A stretch of DNA of 59,202 nucleotides from Candidatus Limnocylindria bacterium (GCA_036564905.1 DATCOD010000054.1:1-59202), one strand, 5' to 3'. Shown: positions 19,150 to 29,042, counted from the first letter of the stretch. Made by a program: numbers and translations. Notes: generated from the sequence alone by a model not told the origin.

Positions 19150-20103
19150 TTAGAGCAGATGCGAGCGGACGTCGTCGGTCCGTCGCTCCGCCGCGAGCTC
19201 GGTCGCGAGCTCGCGTTCCTTGTCGGTGAGCTTCGTCGGCAGGACGACCTTCACCGTCACGTACAGGTCGCCCGAGCCGCCGCTCGCGCGCGGCATGCCC
19301 TGCCCGGCGAGCCGGATGGTCCGTCCGTTCTGGGTCTCCGGTGGGATCCGCAGGCTCACGCGTCCCTTCAGCGTCGGCACGGTGACCTCCGCGCCAAGGA
19401 GCGCTTCGTGGAGCGCGACCGGAAGCTCGAGCCGCAGATCGTCCCCGTCGCGCGTGAACAGCGGATCCAGCTTGACCTTGACCAGCAGATACAGGTCCCC
19501 GCCGGCAGCCTGGCCCGCGAGACGGATCCGCTGCCCGTCGCGCACGCCGGCCGGGATCTTCACGGTGAGCCGCTTGGTCTTGCCATCCTCGCCCCGGAGC
19601 TCCAGCGCGCGCTCCGCGCCCTTGTAGGCCTCGGGCAGCGTCACCTCGATCGGGTACTCCGCGTCAGCGACGGTCCGCGGCCGCGCGGCGCGCCGTCGCG
19701 TGCCGGTGCCCCCGGCGGCCTGCCCGAACCCGCTGCCGAACACCGACTGGAAGAAGTCCGAGAAGTCGCTCGCACCGCCACCGCCGAACGGGTCGGCTCC
19801 GGGGGCTCCGGTGTAGACCCACTGGAAGCCACCGTCGGCGCCGCCGCGTTGCGCGCCCGCACCTGCCCGCGCGTACCGCTCCCAGTCGGGCCCGAGCTGG
19901 TCGTACTTCTTCCGCTTGTCCGGATCGCTGAGGACCTCGTTCGCCTCATTGACCTCTTTGAACTTCTTGGAGGCGTCCGACGATCTGTTCACGTCCGGGT
20001 GGAACTGGCGTGCCAGCCTGCGGTACGCCTTCTTCACGTCGGCGGCCGTCGCGTCCTTTTGGACCCCCAGGGTCTTGTAGTAGTCCTTGTATTCGACGGG
20101 CAT
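19150..20103 (-). CDS. Class II J-domain co-chaperone (CbpA/DnaJ-like, no zinc finger)
   Basis: KDYYKTLGV, HPD motif, G/F-rich region, C-terminal DnaJ domains, no CxxCxGxG repeats. Confidence 0.92.
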   Translation of the reverse strand: MPVEYKDYYKTLGVQKDATAADVKKAYRRLARQFHPDVNRSSDASKKFKEVNEANEVLSDPDKRKKYDQLGPDWERYARAGAGAQRGGADGGFQWVYTGAPGADPFGGGGASDFSDFFQSVFGSGFGQAAGGTGTRRRAARPRTVADAEYPIEVTLPEAYKGAERALELRGEDGKTKRLTVKIPAGVRDGQRIRLAGQAAGGDLYLLVKVKLDPLFTRDGDDLRLELPVALHEALLGAEVTVPTLKGRVSLRIPPETQNGRTIRLAGQGMPRASGGSGDLYVTVKVVLPTKLTDKERELATELAAERRTDDVRSHLL

Positions 20104-20115
20104 CGATGCCCCCTA

Positions 20116-22512
20116 CTAGTTCGGCGGCGGGACCATCGCGGGACGCGCGGCCTCGATCTGCGCGGGCGTGACGCTCGGCCCCGCGAGGAGCGCGAGCTTC
20201 AACACCTCTTCGATCGTGGACACCGGCTTGATGTCGATCGCGTCGAGGACCTCCTGGGGGATGTCCACCAGGTCCTTCCGGTTCTTCTCCGGCAGGATGA
20301 AGGTCTTGATCCCGGCGCGGTGCGCCGCGAGCAGCTTCGCCTTCACGCCGCCGATCGGGAGCACGCGCCCCCGCAGCGTGATCTCGCCGGTCATGGCGAT
20401 CTCGCGGTGCACGCGCCGGCCGGTGAGGGCCGACACGATCGCCGTCGCCATGGTCACCCCGGCGGACGGTCCGTCCTTCGGGATGGCACCCGCGGGAACG
20501 TGGATGTGCATCGAGTGATCCTTGAAGAACCCTGGCGGGACCCCGAGCTCGTTCCCATGGGCCCGGACGTAGCTGAGCGCGGCGCGAGCCGACTCTTCCA
20601 TGACCTTCTGGATCTGGCCGGTGAGGACGAACTCCTCGGTCTTCGAGCCCTGGTCCATGATCGTCGCCTCGACGGTGAGGACGTCCCCGCCGGCCTCGCT
20701 CACCGAGACACCGGTGACCGCGCCGACCTGGTCCTCCTCTTCGGCGAGGCCGAAGTCGAAGCGCTCAGGCCCGAGGTACGTGGACAGGTCGGACGCATCG
20801 ACCGTGGCGTTCTCCACCTTGTTCTCGGCGATCTGGCGAGCGACCTTCCGGCAGATCGTGCCGATCTCACGCTCCAGGTTCCGAACGCCCGCCTCGCGGG
20901 TGAACAGCCGGACCATGTCCTTGAGCGCCGCGTCGGTGATCGTGAGCCGCCCGTTCTCGAGACCATGCTGCTTCAGCTGGCGTGGCAGGAGGTAGCCCGT
21001 CGCGATGTGCAGCTTCTCGTCCTCCGTGTAGCCGGGGAGCCGGATGACTTCCATCCGGTCATGGAGCGGAGCGATGATCGTGTCCTCGACGTTCGCGGTC
21101 GTGATGAAGATGACCCGCGAGAGGTCGTAGGGGACCTCGAGGTAGTGATCCGAGAACGTGCTGTTCTGCTCGGGGTCGAGGACCTCGAGGAGCGCGGAGC
21201 TCGGGTCGCCCCGGAAGTCGGCGCCGACCTTGTCGATCTCATCGAGCATGAACACCGGGTTCGTCTCTCCGGCGGTCTTCATGTTCTGGAGGATCCGGCC
21301 CGGCAGGGCACCCACGTACGTGCGCCGGTGACCGCGGATCTCGGCCTCGTCGCGGATGCCACCGAGGGACATGCGGATGAACTTGCGGCCCATCGCGCGG
21401 GCGATGGACTTCCCGAGGCTCGTCTTGCCGACGCCGGGCGGGCCGACGAAGCAGAGGATCGGGGCACGCAGCTCGTGCGAGAGCTTGCGGACCGCCATGT
21501 ACTCGAGGATCCGGTCCTTGATCTTCGGCAGGCCGTAGTGGTCCTCGTCGAGGATCCGGGCGGCTTCGGCGATGTCCCAGTCGTCCTCGGGGGCCTTCCT
21601 CCAGGGCACCGAGATGAGCCAGTCGACGTAGGTGCGGATCACGCCCTGCTCCGGCGAGGCCTGCGGGATCTTCTCGAGCCGCCCGACCTCCTTGAGGGCC
21701 TTCTCCTTGACCTCGTCCGGCATGCCGGCGGCCTCGATCTTCTCGCGAAGCTCGTTGACCTCCGAGGTGCCGTCATCGTCGCCGAGCTCCTTCTGGATCG
21801 CCTTCATCTGCTCCCGGAGGATGTACTCGCGCTGGGTCTTGTCGAGCGTCTGCTGGACGTCGCTCTGGATCTTCGCTTTCATCTGCAGGATCTCGTTCTG
21901 CTTCGCGAGGAAGACGGACAGGAACCGGAGCCGCTCGACGACGCTCTCCATCTCGAGGAGCTGCTGGCGCTGCTCGATGGTCAGGTCCTGGCTCTGCGCG
22001 ACGAGGTCGCCGAAGTGCGACGGGTCGTCCGTGCTCTTCGCGGTCATCGCGACCTCGGGCACGATCGAGCCGCCGTTCTCGACGTAGTCGCCGAACAGGC
22101 CCTTCACGCTGCGGAGGAGCGCCTCGCGCTCGACGGGCTCGCCCGGGATCTCCTTGATCGGCTGGAACGTGACTCGGAAGTAGCGGCGCTCAGGGACGAA
22201 GCCGGTGATCTTCACCCGCTGGAGGCCCTGCACGATGACCTGCGCGCTGCCATCCGGGATCCGGAGCAGGCGCACGATCTCCGCGACCGTCGCGACACCG
22301 TAGATCTGGTCCGGCGTCACGTCGTCGACCTCGGCGTCCTTCTGGGCCGCGAAGATCACGTAATGCTTCTCTTCGCTCATCGCAGCGTCGATGGCGGCGA
22401 CGCTCTTCTCGCGACCGACCCCGAGGGGTTGGACGATCTTGGGGAACACCACCATCTCCCGCAGGGGGACGAGTGGCAGCTCCGGGGGGTAGGTGCGGAT
22501 CTCTTCGGTCAT
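20116..22512 (-). CDS. lon: Lon protease
   Basis: GPPGVGKTS, GHRRTYVGALPG, PKDGPSAG catalytic Ser, GGVKAK Lys. Confidence 0.98.
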   Translation of the reverse strand: MTEEIRTYPPELPLVPLREMVVFPKIVQPLGVGREKSVAAIDAAMSEEKHYVIFAAQKDAEVDDVTPDQIYGVATVAEIVRLLRIPDGSAQVIVQGLQRVKITGFVPERRYFRVTFQPIKEIPGEPVEREALLRSVKGLFGDYVENGGSIVPEVAMTAKSTDDPSHFGDLVAQSQDLTIEQRQQLLEMESVVERLRFLSVFLAKQNEILQMKAKIQSDVQQTLDKTQREYILREQMKAIQKELGDDDGTSEVNELREKIEAAGMPDEVKEKALKEVGRLEKIPQASPEQGVIRTYVDWLISVPWRKAPEDDWDIAEAARILDEDHYGLPKIKDRILEYMAVRKLSHELRAPILCFVGPPGVGKTSLGKSIARAMGRKFIRMSLGGIRDEAEIRGHRRTYVGALPGRILQNMKTAGETNPVFMLDEIDKVGADFRGDPSSALLEVLDPEQNSTFSDHYLEVPYDLSRVIFITTANVEDTIIAPLHDRMEVIRLPGYTEDEKLHIATGYLLPRQLKQHGLENGRLTITDAALKDMVRLFTREAGVRNLEREIGTICRKVARQIAENKVENATVDASDLSTYLGPERFDFGLAEEEDQVGAVTGVSVSEAGGDVLTVEATIMDQGSKTEEFVLTGQIQKVMEESARAALSYVRAHGNELGVPPGFFKDHSMHIHVPAGAIPKDGPSAGVTMATAIVSALTGRRVHREIAMTGEITLRGRVLPIGGVKAKLLAAHRAGIKTFILPEKNRKDLVDIPQEVLDAIDIKPVSTIEEVLKLALLAGPSVTPAQIEAARPAMVPPPN

Positions 22513-22524
22513 CTGGTCATTTCC

Positions 22525-22869
22525 TCACAATGCGGTGATCTTCGCGGACTTCAAGGGTGTCGGCGCGCTCGCGTCTTCGGCGCCGTCGAGCTCATCGATG
22601 GCGTTCGCGAGCTCCCGCAGCAGGTCCGCGGCGTCGCGGAACTGCAGGAGCATCTTCACGCCGGCCAGGTTCACCCCGCGCTGCTGCGTGAGGTAGCGGA
22701 TGATGCGCACCCGCTGGAGGTCCTCATCGGAGTAGAGCCGGATGTTCGAATCGGTCCGGACCGGCTCGACGAGCCCCTCCTCTTCGTAGATCCGCAGCGT
22801 GCGAGGATGGCAGCCGGCGAGGCTCGCGGCGATCGAGATCACGTAGACCGGCCGGCTTCCACGCGCCAT
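22525..22869 (-). CDS. hspR: MerR-family heat-shock regulator, HspR-like
   Basis: PVYVISIAASLAGCHPRTLRIYEEEGLV.P.RT..NIRLYS...GVNLAGV; leads lon-dnaJ-clpB. Confidence 0.82.
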   Translation of the reverse strand: MARGSRPVYVISIAASLAGCHPRTLRIYEEEGLVEPVRTDSNIRLYSDEDLQRVRIIRYLTQQRGVNLAGVKMLLQFRDAADLLRELANAIDELDGAEDASAPTPLKSAKITAL

Positions 22870-22870
22870 C

Positions 22871-22904
22871 ACGTTGGTATAAGACCTATCAACGTCGTTG
22901 TCAA
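22871..22904 (-). promoter_or_regulatory. hspR operon promoter with overlapping 9-7-9 inverted repeat
   Basis: TTGACA (22904-22899)-N17-TATACC (22881-22876); ACGTTGGTA-N7-TATCAACGT at 22871-22895. Confidence 0.7.
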
Positions 22905-22924
22905 GCTTCTTGCGGTCCAGACGC

Positions 22925-23581
22925 CTAGCCGAAGAGTGCTTTCTTGACCTCCTGCTCGGCCGCGGTGGGGGCGAACACGATGATCCGATCCCCCGCCTCG
23001 AGCTTCGTGTCGCGGTGGGCGTGCAGGATCTGGCCCTTCCGGACGATCGCGCCGATGTGCGCGCCGGCCGGCAGGCCGACCGCCTCGACCGCTTTGTTGG
23101 CCGCCGGCGAGCCGATGGCGATCTCCGCTTCGACGATCTCGAGGTCCGAGCGGGTCAGCGGCATGAGCGGCATGAACCCGCCGGTCGGAAGCTCCTGCTC
23201 GATGACGCCCATCAGGACGCGCGTGGAGGAGAGCGTTTCGTCGATGCCCATCGCCTTGAAGACGATCTCGTTCTTCGGATTGTTCACGCGCGCGATGACC
23301 CGGTTCGCGCCGCACTTCAGCTTCGCGAGCTGGCTGATGATGAGGTTGTCCTCATCGTCGCCGGTGACGGCGAGCACGGCGTCCGCGCGTTGGCAGCCGG
23401 CCTGGATCTGGTACCGACCTTCGTCGGCCGGCGCGTTGATCACGACCGATCCGAGCTGCTCCTCGATCCAGAGCGCTCGGCGGCGGTCGCGCTCGATGAT
23501 CATCACTTCGTGCCCCGCCTCGAGGAGCGCCTTCGAGAGGTGATAGCCCACCTCGCCCCCGCCCGCGACGACGAAATACAT
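22925..23581 (-). CDS. trkA: TrkA-family K+ uptake regulator (RCK_N + RCK_C)
   Basis: VVAGGGEVG Rossmann motif, VTGDDEDN, ARVNNP, C-terminal LEAGDRIIV. Confidence 0.9.
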   Translation of the reverse strand: MYFVVAGGGEVGYHLSKALLEAGHEVMIIERDRRRALWIEEQLGSVVINAPADEGRYQIQAGCQRADAVLAVTGDDEDNLIISQLAKLKCGANRVIARVNNPKNEIVFKAMGIDETLSSTRVLMGVIEQELPTGGFMPLMPLTRSDLEIVEAEIAIGSPAANKAVEAVGLPAGAHIGAIVRKGQILHAHRDTKLEAGDRIIVFAPTAAEQEVKKALFG

Positions 23582-24063
23582 CAGCGGTCCACGCTGGGCA
23601 GCTCGGCCGAAAGGTCCTGATCGTGCTGCATCGCGGCCTTCATGAGGTTCTGGCCGAGGTTCTTGTCACCTTTGAGCACCGCGTGGAGGAGGGTCCCGAG
23701 GATCGTCGTGCGCGAGAACGTGTAGAGCCCCTGGCCCCGATAGGTCGCGGCCCGGATCGGGTCGTTCACCTTCGCGAAGACCTGACCGACGCCGAAGATC
23801 TTCTTCGCGATCTGCGCGGCCATCAGGTTGCGGTTGTCGCCCTGGGTGAGCGACAGGAACGCGTCCGCCTTCTCGATGCCGGCCTGCCGGAGGATGTCCA
23901 TGTCCATGCCGTCACCCAGCACCGGCGTGCCCTTGAAGCTCGCGGGCAGGCGCTTGAACGCCATCCGTTCCACGTCGACGATCGACACGGTGTCGCTGCC
24001 TTGGTCGAGGAGCTCCGCGAGGAAGGCGCCGGTGCGCCCACATCCCACGATGACGACGTTCAC
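23581..24063 (-). CDS. Short TrkA-family protein (RCK_N only)
   Basis: VVIVGCGRTG, TQGDNRN; start set at GTG 24063, overlapping the USP stop (GTGA). Confidence 0.88.
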   Translation of the reverse strand: MNVVIVGCGRTGAFLAELLDQGSDTVSIVDVERMAFKRLPASFKGTPVLGDGMDMDILRQAGIEKADAFLSLTQGDNRNLMAAQIAKKIFGVGQVFAKVNDPIRAATYRGQGLYTFSRTTILGTLLHAVLKGDKNLGQNLMKAAMQHDQDLSAELPSVDR

Positions 24064-24488
24064 TTGGGTTCTTCCTGACGATACGCGAGCACCGCGCACG
24101 GCGCTTTCACGTAGACGGCCTCGACCGTCCGGCCGACGTAGACCCGGCCGAGGCGCTTGCGGTAGGGCATCCCGATGATGATGAGCTCGCAGCCTTGCTC
24201 GACTGCCGTGTCAACGATGGCCGCGGCGGCCTCGCGAGCCTGGAGCACCTCCGTGGTCAGATGCGCACCGAGCTTTTCGCCGACCTTTTCCGCGAGCGTG
24301 AGGATCTCCTCGCCGCGCTCGAGCTCGGCGTCCAGGACCGCGTCGAGTGGCATGTTCCACTTGACCTCGATCACGTGGACGGCAGTGATCTTCGCCTTGT
24401 GCGGGCGCGCCAGCGCCACCGCGTACTCGATGACGTCGGGGTCGATCGCGGTACCGGCAAGGGGCACGAGGACGTTGGTGAGCTTCAC
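24060..24488 (-). CDS. Universal stress protein
   Basis: NVLVPLAG, AVHVIE, ELIIIG...VGRTVEAVYVKAPCAVL. Confidence 0.88.
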   Translation of the reverse strand: MKLTNVLVPLAGTAIDPDVIEYAVALARPHKAKITAVHVIEVKWNMPLDAVLDAELERGEEILTLAEKVGEKLGAHLTTEVLQAREAAAAIVDTAVEQGCELIIIGMPYRKRLGRVYVGRTVEAVYVKAPCAVLAYRQEEPK

Positions 24489-24500
24489 AGAGCGCGGAGT

Positions 24501-26564
24501 TTAGTGCGCTTCGAAGTCCTCGGTGTCCCCCAAGTGGTAGGGAACGTCGATCACGTTGGTGTTCGGGCGGGCGAAGAGCGCGAGCTTGAGACGCAGCGCG
24601 GTCTGGTTGTGCAGCGCCGCGTCCCAGAGGTGCCGCGGGACGAACTCGGCGAGCACGACGACGATCGGGCGCCCAGGGTCCTGATCGTCGATCGCGTCCA
24701 GGTAGCTCAACAGGGGCGCAAGGAGCGCCCGGTACGGAGACACGATCACCTCGAGCGGGATCTCGCTGCCGACCGATCGGGCCCAACGTTCCTTGAACGC
24801 CTGAGCCCCGTCCTCGTCGAACGAGATGTGGATCGCGGTCACGTGCGGCGACAGCCCGTGGGCGAGGCTCAGCGCGTGCAGGGCGGCCTTGTCGATCCGG
24901 CTGATCGGCACGATCAGGCGCGGCTCGACCGGCTTCAGGGCGACGCGTGTCCCACGCGGGATGAGCAGCTCGTCCTCGATCCGGCGGTAGTGCTGGTGCA
25001 CGCGCCACATGAGGTAGACCATGACCGGCATCACCGCGAGGACCATCCACGCCCCGAGCTGGAACTTCGTGACCGCGACCACGAGCGTGACGACCCCGGT
25101 CACGACGGCGCCGAGCGCGTTGATCGCCGCGGAGAACTGCCATCCGCGGCCGCGGACCCGCAGCCAGTGGCGGACGAGCCCGGCCTGCGACAGGGTGAAC
25201 GCGATGAACACGCCGATCGTGTACAGCGGGATCAGACCGTTGACGCTGCCCTGGTACGCGATGAGCAGGAGCGCGGACATGACCGCGAGCACGATGATGC
25301 CGAATGAGAACGCGAGACGGTCACCGCGCTGCGAGAACTGGCGGGGCATGAAGCGGTCGGTCGCGAGGATCGACGCGAGCCGCGGGAATCCGGAGAAGCT
25401 CGTGTTCGCCGCGAGGATCAGGATGATCGCCGTTGCCGCCTGCACCACGTAGAACACCACTCCATCGCCGACGATCGATTGGGTGAGCAGGCCGAGCACG
25501 CTCTTGGTCTCGGTCAGGTCCGGCCGGATATTCATGCGCGTCGCCAGAAAGCTGATCGCGATGAACAGCGTTCCGAACATCGTGCCCATGGTCATGAGCA
25601 CGATGGATGCGTTGCGCGCCGCGGGCTTCTTGAACGCGGTCACGCCATTGGCCACCGCCTCGGTGCCCGAGAGGCCGACGGAACCGGAGGAGAACGCGCG
25701 GAGGATGAGGAACGCGCTCAGTGACTCGGTCACCGGAACGGACACCGGCGGCGCGATCGGCACGGGGATGTCGCCGGTCAGCACGCGGAACAGTCCGATC
25801 GCCAGGACCCCGGCCACGCTGACGACGTAGAGGTACGTCGGGCCGGCGAAGATCAGCCCGGCTTCGCGGATGCCGCGGAGGTTCCCGATCGTGATGAGCG
25901 CGATGAAACCGACGCCGATCGCCACCTTCGCTGGCTCCCAATCCGGGAACGCCGTCGAAATGGCGAGCACGCCGCCGGCCACCGAAACCGAGACCGTGAG
26001 CACGTAGTCGACGAGGAGCGCCGCGGCCGCGACGAGGCCGGGCAGGGTGCCGAGGTTCTGACTCGCGACCACGTAGCTGCCGCCGCCGTTCGGGTAGGCA
26101 CGCACGACCTGCAGGTATGAGGTCACGACGATCGCGAGGATGACGACGATCGCGATCGTGATCGGCATCGTGAGCGCGAGGCCCGCGGCGCCCGCGATCG
26201 CGAGGGCGCGCATGGTCTCCTCGGTCGCGTATGCGGACGACGAGATGTTGTCGGAGGCGAAGATCGCGAGCCCGGTGACCTTCGTGACGCGTTCGCCGGC
26301 CTCCTCCTCGGTGGCGATGCGGCTGCCGAACAGGATCTGCCGGACGTGGTCCGCGAACCGGCCCACCGCGCTCTCCGACTCGAACACGTCCTCGGTCGCG
26401 AGGACGTAGCCCTTGCGACGCCTGAACTCGGTGTTGCGGACGATCCGGACACGCGCGTCGCCCGGGAGTCGTCCCTTGGCGTGCTCGATGCGTTCGAGCC
26501 GGTGCTCCGGACGCTGCGGCTGACCCGGGTGGTCTGGGGGGTCTCCGGGCGGGTGCTCTGACAA
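24501..26564 (-). CDS. APC-superfamily permease, KimA/YdaO-like
   Basis: LAIFASDNISSSAYATEE, AYPNGGGSY, GNLRGIRE, GTEAVANGV, RGDRLAFS, cytoplasmic tail SPYR...LHNQ. Confidence 0.88.
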   Translation of the reverse strand: MSEHPPGDPPDHPGQPQRPEHRLERIEHAKGRLPGDARVRIVRNTEFRRRKGYVLATEDVFESESAVGRFADHVRQILFGSRIATEEEAGERVTKVTGLAIFASDNISSSAYATEETMRALAIAGAAGLALTMPITIAIVVILAIVVTSYLQVVRAYPNGGGSYVVASQNLGTLPGLVAAAALLVDYVLTVSVSVAGGVLAISTAFPDWEPAKVAIGVGFIALITIGNLRGIREAGLIFAGPTYLYVVSVAGVLAIGLFRVLTGDIPVPIAPPVSVPVTESLSAFLILRAFSSGSVGLSGTEAVANGVTAFKKPAARNASIVLMTMGTMFGTLFIAISFLATRMNIRPDLTETKSVLGLLTQSIVGDGVVFYVVQAATAIILILAANTSFSGFPRLASILATDRFMPRQFSQRGDRLAFSFGIIVLAVMSALLLIAYQGSVNGLIPLYTIGVFIAFTLSQAGLVRHWLRVRGRGWQFSAAINALGAVVTGVVTLVVAVTKFQLGAWMVLAVMPVMVYLMWRVHQHYRRIEDELLIPRGTRVALKPVEPRLIVPISRIDKAALHALSLAHGLSPHVTAIHISFDEDGAQAFKERWARSVGSEIPLEVIVSPYRALLAPLLSYLDAIDDQDPGRPIVVVLAEFVPRHLWDAALHNQTALRLKLALFARPNTNVIDVPYHLGDTEDFEAH

Positions 26565-26576
26565 GTCGGGCGAATC

Positions 26577-26912
26577 CTAGGCCGTGATGCGCGCGCGCTC
26601 CGCGCCGCGCTGATCGACGAGGACGACGGTGCGCACGCCGCGGACGAGCCCGTCGTCCACCGAGACGGTCTGCGCGGGGTACGTGAGCGCCTGGGTGAGG
26701 ATCGCGCCGGCCCGCGGCTCGGTGATCGAGCAGCGCAGCGTCAGGGTCGGGCCGTCGCGGGTGATGCGCATGACCCGGATCCCGTGGCCGCCCGTCCGCC
26801 GTTCGCCGAGCCGGACCGTCAGGCGCACCCGCCCGCCCCGCGGGAGCTCGTACTCGAGCGCCGCGTCGCCCGGTCCCGTGCCGATCTCCTCACGGAAGGC
26901 GATGTCGCTCAC
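26577..26912 (-). CDS. PrcB C-terminal domain protein
   Basis: LGERRTGGHGIRV...TQALTYP signature; GTGA coupling. Confidence 0.7.
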   Translation of the reverse strand: MSDIAFREEIGTGPGDAALEYELPRGGRVRLTVRLGERRTGGHGIRVMRITRDGPTLTLRCSITEPRAGAILTQALTYPAQTVSVDDGLVRGVRTVVLVDQRGAERARITA

Positions 26913-27580
26913 AGGCCGAAGGAGAGCCGGTCGACGAGCATCTCGGGCAGCTTACGGTCGCGCATCCGGCGCTGTGTCTCGCCGATGTCGTACTCGACCC
27001 GGTGGAACGCGGCGGTCGCCCGGTCCACGTCGAGCAGCGCGTACGACGCGCGCGGGTCGCCGTCCCGGGGCTGGCCGACGCTTCCCGGGTTGATCATCAC
27101 CTTGCCATCGCCGGCCCGAAAGGTGGCCGGCACGTGGGTGTGCCCGACGCAGCAGCGCGTTGCCGGGAGGCCGGCCATGGCCGCAGCGGCCGTGCGCGCG
27201 TCGAAGACGTACTCCCACAACGGGTCGCGCGGGCTGCCGTGGCAGATCGAGAACCCGCCCGGTAGATCGAGCGTGACCGGCAGGGCGGCCAGCGCGTCGC
27301 GGTCGGCCGCGCTGAGCCACGACCGGTGACACGTGGCCGCGGTGCGTGCGGTCGCGTTGAACAGCTCGAGGCCCTCACCGGTCGCGACCGCGCGATCGTG
27401 ATTGCCCGCGACGAGGATCGCCCGGCGCTCGCGCAGGAGCGCGAGCGTGTCCGCTGGGTCGGGGCCGTAGCCGACCGTGTCACCCATCACCCAGATCGCA
27501 TCCACGGGGGGAAGGTCGCGCAGGACGGCCTCGAGCGCGACGAGGTTCGCGTGGATGTCGGAGAGGAGGGCGACGGTCAT
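26909..27580 (-). CDS. Calcineurin-like metallophosphoesterase
   Basis: SDIHAN, GDTVGYG, GNHD, HGSP, GHTH, NPGSVGQPRDGD. Confidence 0.92.
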   Translation of the reverse strand: MTVALLSDIHANLVALEAVLRDLPPVDAIWVMGDTVGYGPDPADTLALLRERRAILVAGNHDRAVATGEGLELFNATARTAATCHRSWLSAADRDALAALPVTLDLPGGFSICHGSPRDPLWEYVFDARTAAAAMAGLPATRCCVGHTHVPATFRAGDGKVMINPGSVGQPRDGDPRASYALLDVDRATAAFHRVEYDIGETQRRMRDRKLPEMLVDRLSFGL

Positions 27581-28296
27581 GCCGCTGCAGACTTGGCGTC
27601 GGCAAGGGTGAAGCGCCCAGCCGCGAGCGCTCGGCCCACCACGACCGAGGCCGCGCCGAAACGCGCGAGCGCGGTGATGTCATCGAGATCCCGCACGCCA
27701 CCGCCGGTGTGGAGAGCGACCTCGGCCGCGCGCGCGCCGAGCGCGCTGCGGATCTGCTCGAGCAGGACGATCGCGGGACCACCGGATCCGCCCTCCGTCG
27801 TGAGGTCGATGACGTAGAGCGCGCGGATCCCAGCGTCGACGGCGGCGACCGCCGCGTCGACGCTGTCACGGCCGGTCGCGCGCAGGACGAGCGCCGGGTC
27901 GCCGCCACGCGGCGCGAGACCACCCTCCCTGGACTCGATCTCGACGATCGCGCGGTCGGCGATGGTCGCGATCCCGGTCAGCACCGCGTCGTCACCGAAG
28001 ACCGCCGACGAGAACAGGATGCCGGCAAAGCCGCCGGCCAGCGCCGCCGTCGCGCGCTCCAGGCTGGCGAGGCCCCCGGCGAGTCGAGACGGCACGCGGC
28101 TCGTGCGGGCGATCTCCGTGAGGAGCGGCAGATTCGCGTAGTCGCCGCGCTCGGCGCCGTCGAGGTCCACGAGGTGCAGCTCGTCGGCCCCGTCCGCGAC
28201 GAACGAGGCCGCGAGCGCGCGTGGATCGACGTCGCGCGCCACGTCGGATCGGAACCGCACGCGGCCGCCGCGCACGTCGATGGATGGAACGATCAC
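27577..28296 (-). CDS. HisA/HisF-related TIM-barrel protein
   Basis: IVPSIDVRGG, LHLVDLDGA, AGGL, TGGGVRDLDD, VVVGRAL; GTG 28296 overlaps the rsmG stop. Confidence 0.75.
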   Translation of the reverse strand: MIVPSIDVRGGRVRFRSDVARDVDPRALAASFVADGADELHLVDLDGAERGDYANLPLLTEIARTSRVPSRLAGGLASLERATAALAGGFAGILFSSAVFGDDAVLTGIATIADRAIVEIESREGGLAPRGGDPALVLRATGRDSVDAAVAAVDAGIRALYVIDLTTEGGSGGPAIVLLEQIRSALGARAAEVALHTGGGVRDLDDITALARFGAASVVVGRALAAGRFTLADAKSAAA

Positions 28297-29030
28297 CACG
28301 GACGGCGCCGCGCTTCCGCCGAGGCCCGTGGGTACCGGTCCGGCGATGCGCGCACCTTGCGCATCACGACGAGGTTGCGGCCCGGGAGCACGTCGGCGAC
28401 GCCGAGCTGGATCGTCGACACGATCGCGGCGATCTCGCCACCGACGGACGCGAGCGCCTTTCGAGCCGCAGGCAGCTCCGCGTCGACCTTGCCCTTCCAC
28501 ACGATCGCGTCGCCGCCGATGCGGAGGAACGGCAGGAGATACTCCGCGCAGGCGGCGAGTGTGCCCACCGCGCGCGCCGTGCCGACGTCGTAGGCGCCGC
28601 GGCGGTCGGCGGAATGCGCGAGCGTCTCAGCGCGCTCGTTGCGCACGTCGACGCCGCGCAGGCCGAGGAGCGCGCAGGTCTCCTCCAGGAACCGGGACTT
28701 CTTGCCCACCGACTCGATGCACGTGACCTGGGCGTTAGGTATCGCGATCCGCAATGCGACCCCCGGGAAGCCGGCGCCGGTGCCGACGTCGACGATGCGT
28801 TCGTTCCCGGTCCAGGCGCGCGCCGCGCAGGCGGTGAAGGAATCAAGGAAGTGCTTCATCGCGATGGCCTCGAGCTCGGTGATCGCGGTGAGGTTCACGA
28901 TCGTATTGCGTTCGATGAGCAGGGTCGCGTATCGCTCGCATACGGCGATCTGGGCGCTCGACAGCTGCACGCCGAGGCCGGCGGCGCGCGCCACGAGCGA
29001 CTGGAACTCGCGACCGGCGACCGCGGACAC
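28293..29030 (-). CDS. rsmG: 16S rRNA m7G527 methyltransferase
   Basis: NLTAI, KHFLDS, DVGTGAGFPG, ESVGKK, ARAV; start set at GTG 29030. Confidence 0.93.
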   Translation of the reverse strand: MSAVAGREFQSLVARAAGLGVQLSSAQIAVCERYATLLIERNTIVNLTAITELEAIAMKHFLDSFTACAARAWTGNERIVDVGTGAGFPGVALRIAIPNAQVTCIESVGKKSRFLEETCALLGLRGVDVRNERAETLAHSADRRGAYDVGTARAVGTLAACAEYLLPFLRIGGDAIVWKGKVDAELPAARKALASVGGEIAAIVSTIQLGVADVLPGRNLVVMRKVRASPDRYPRASAEARRRPW

Positions 29031-29042
29031 GCGGGCTATCGT

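Noticed and set aside
22871-22924. HAIR or CIRCE element at the heat-shock operon
   Set aside because: Neither consensus is present; a different inverted repeat is reported instead.
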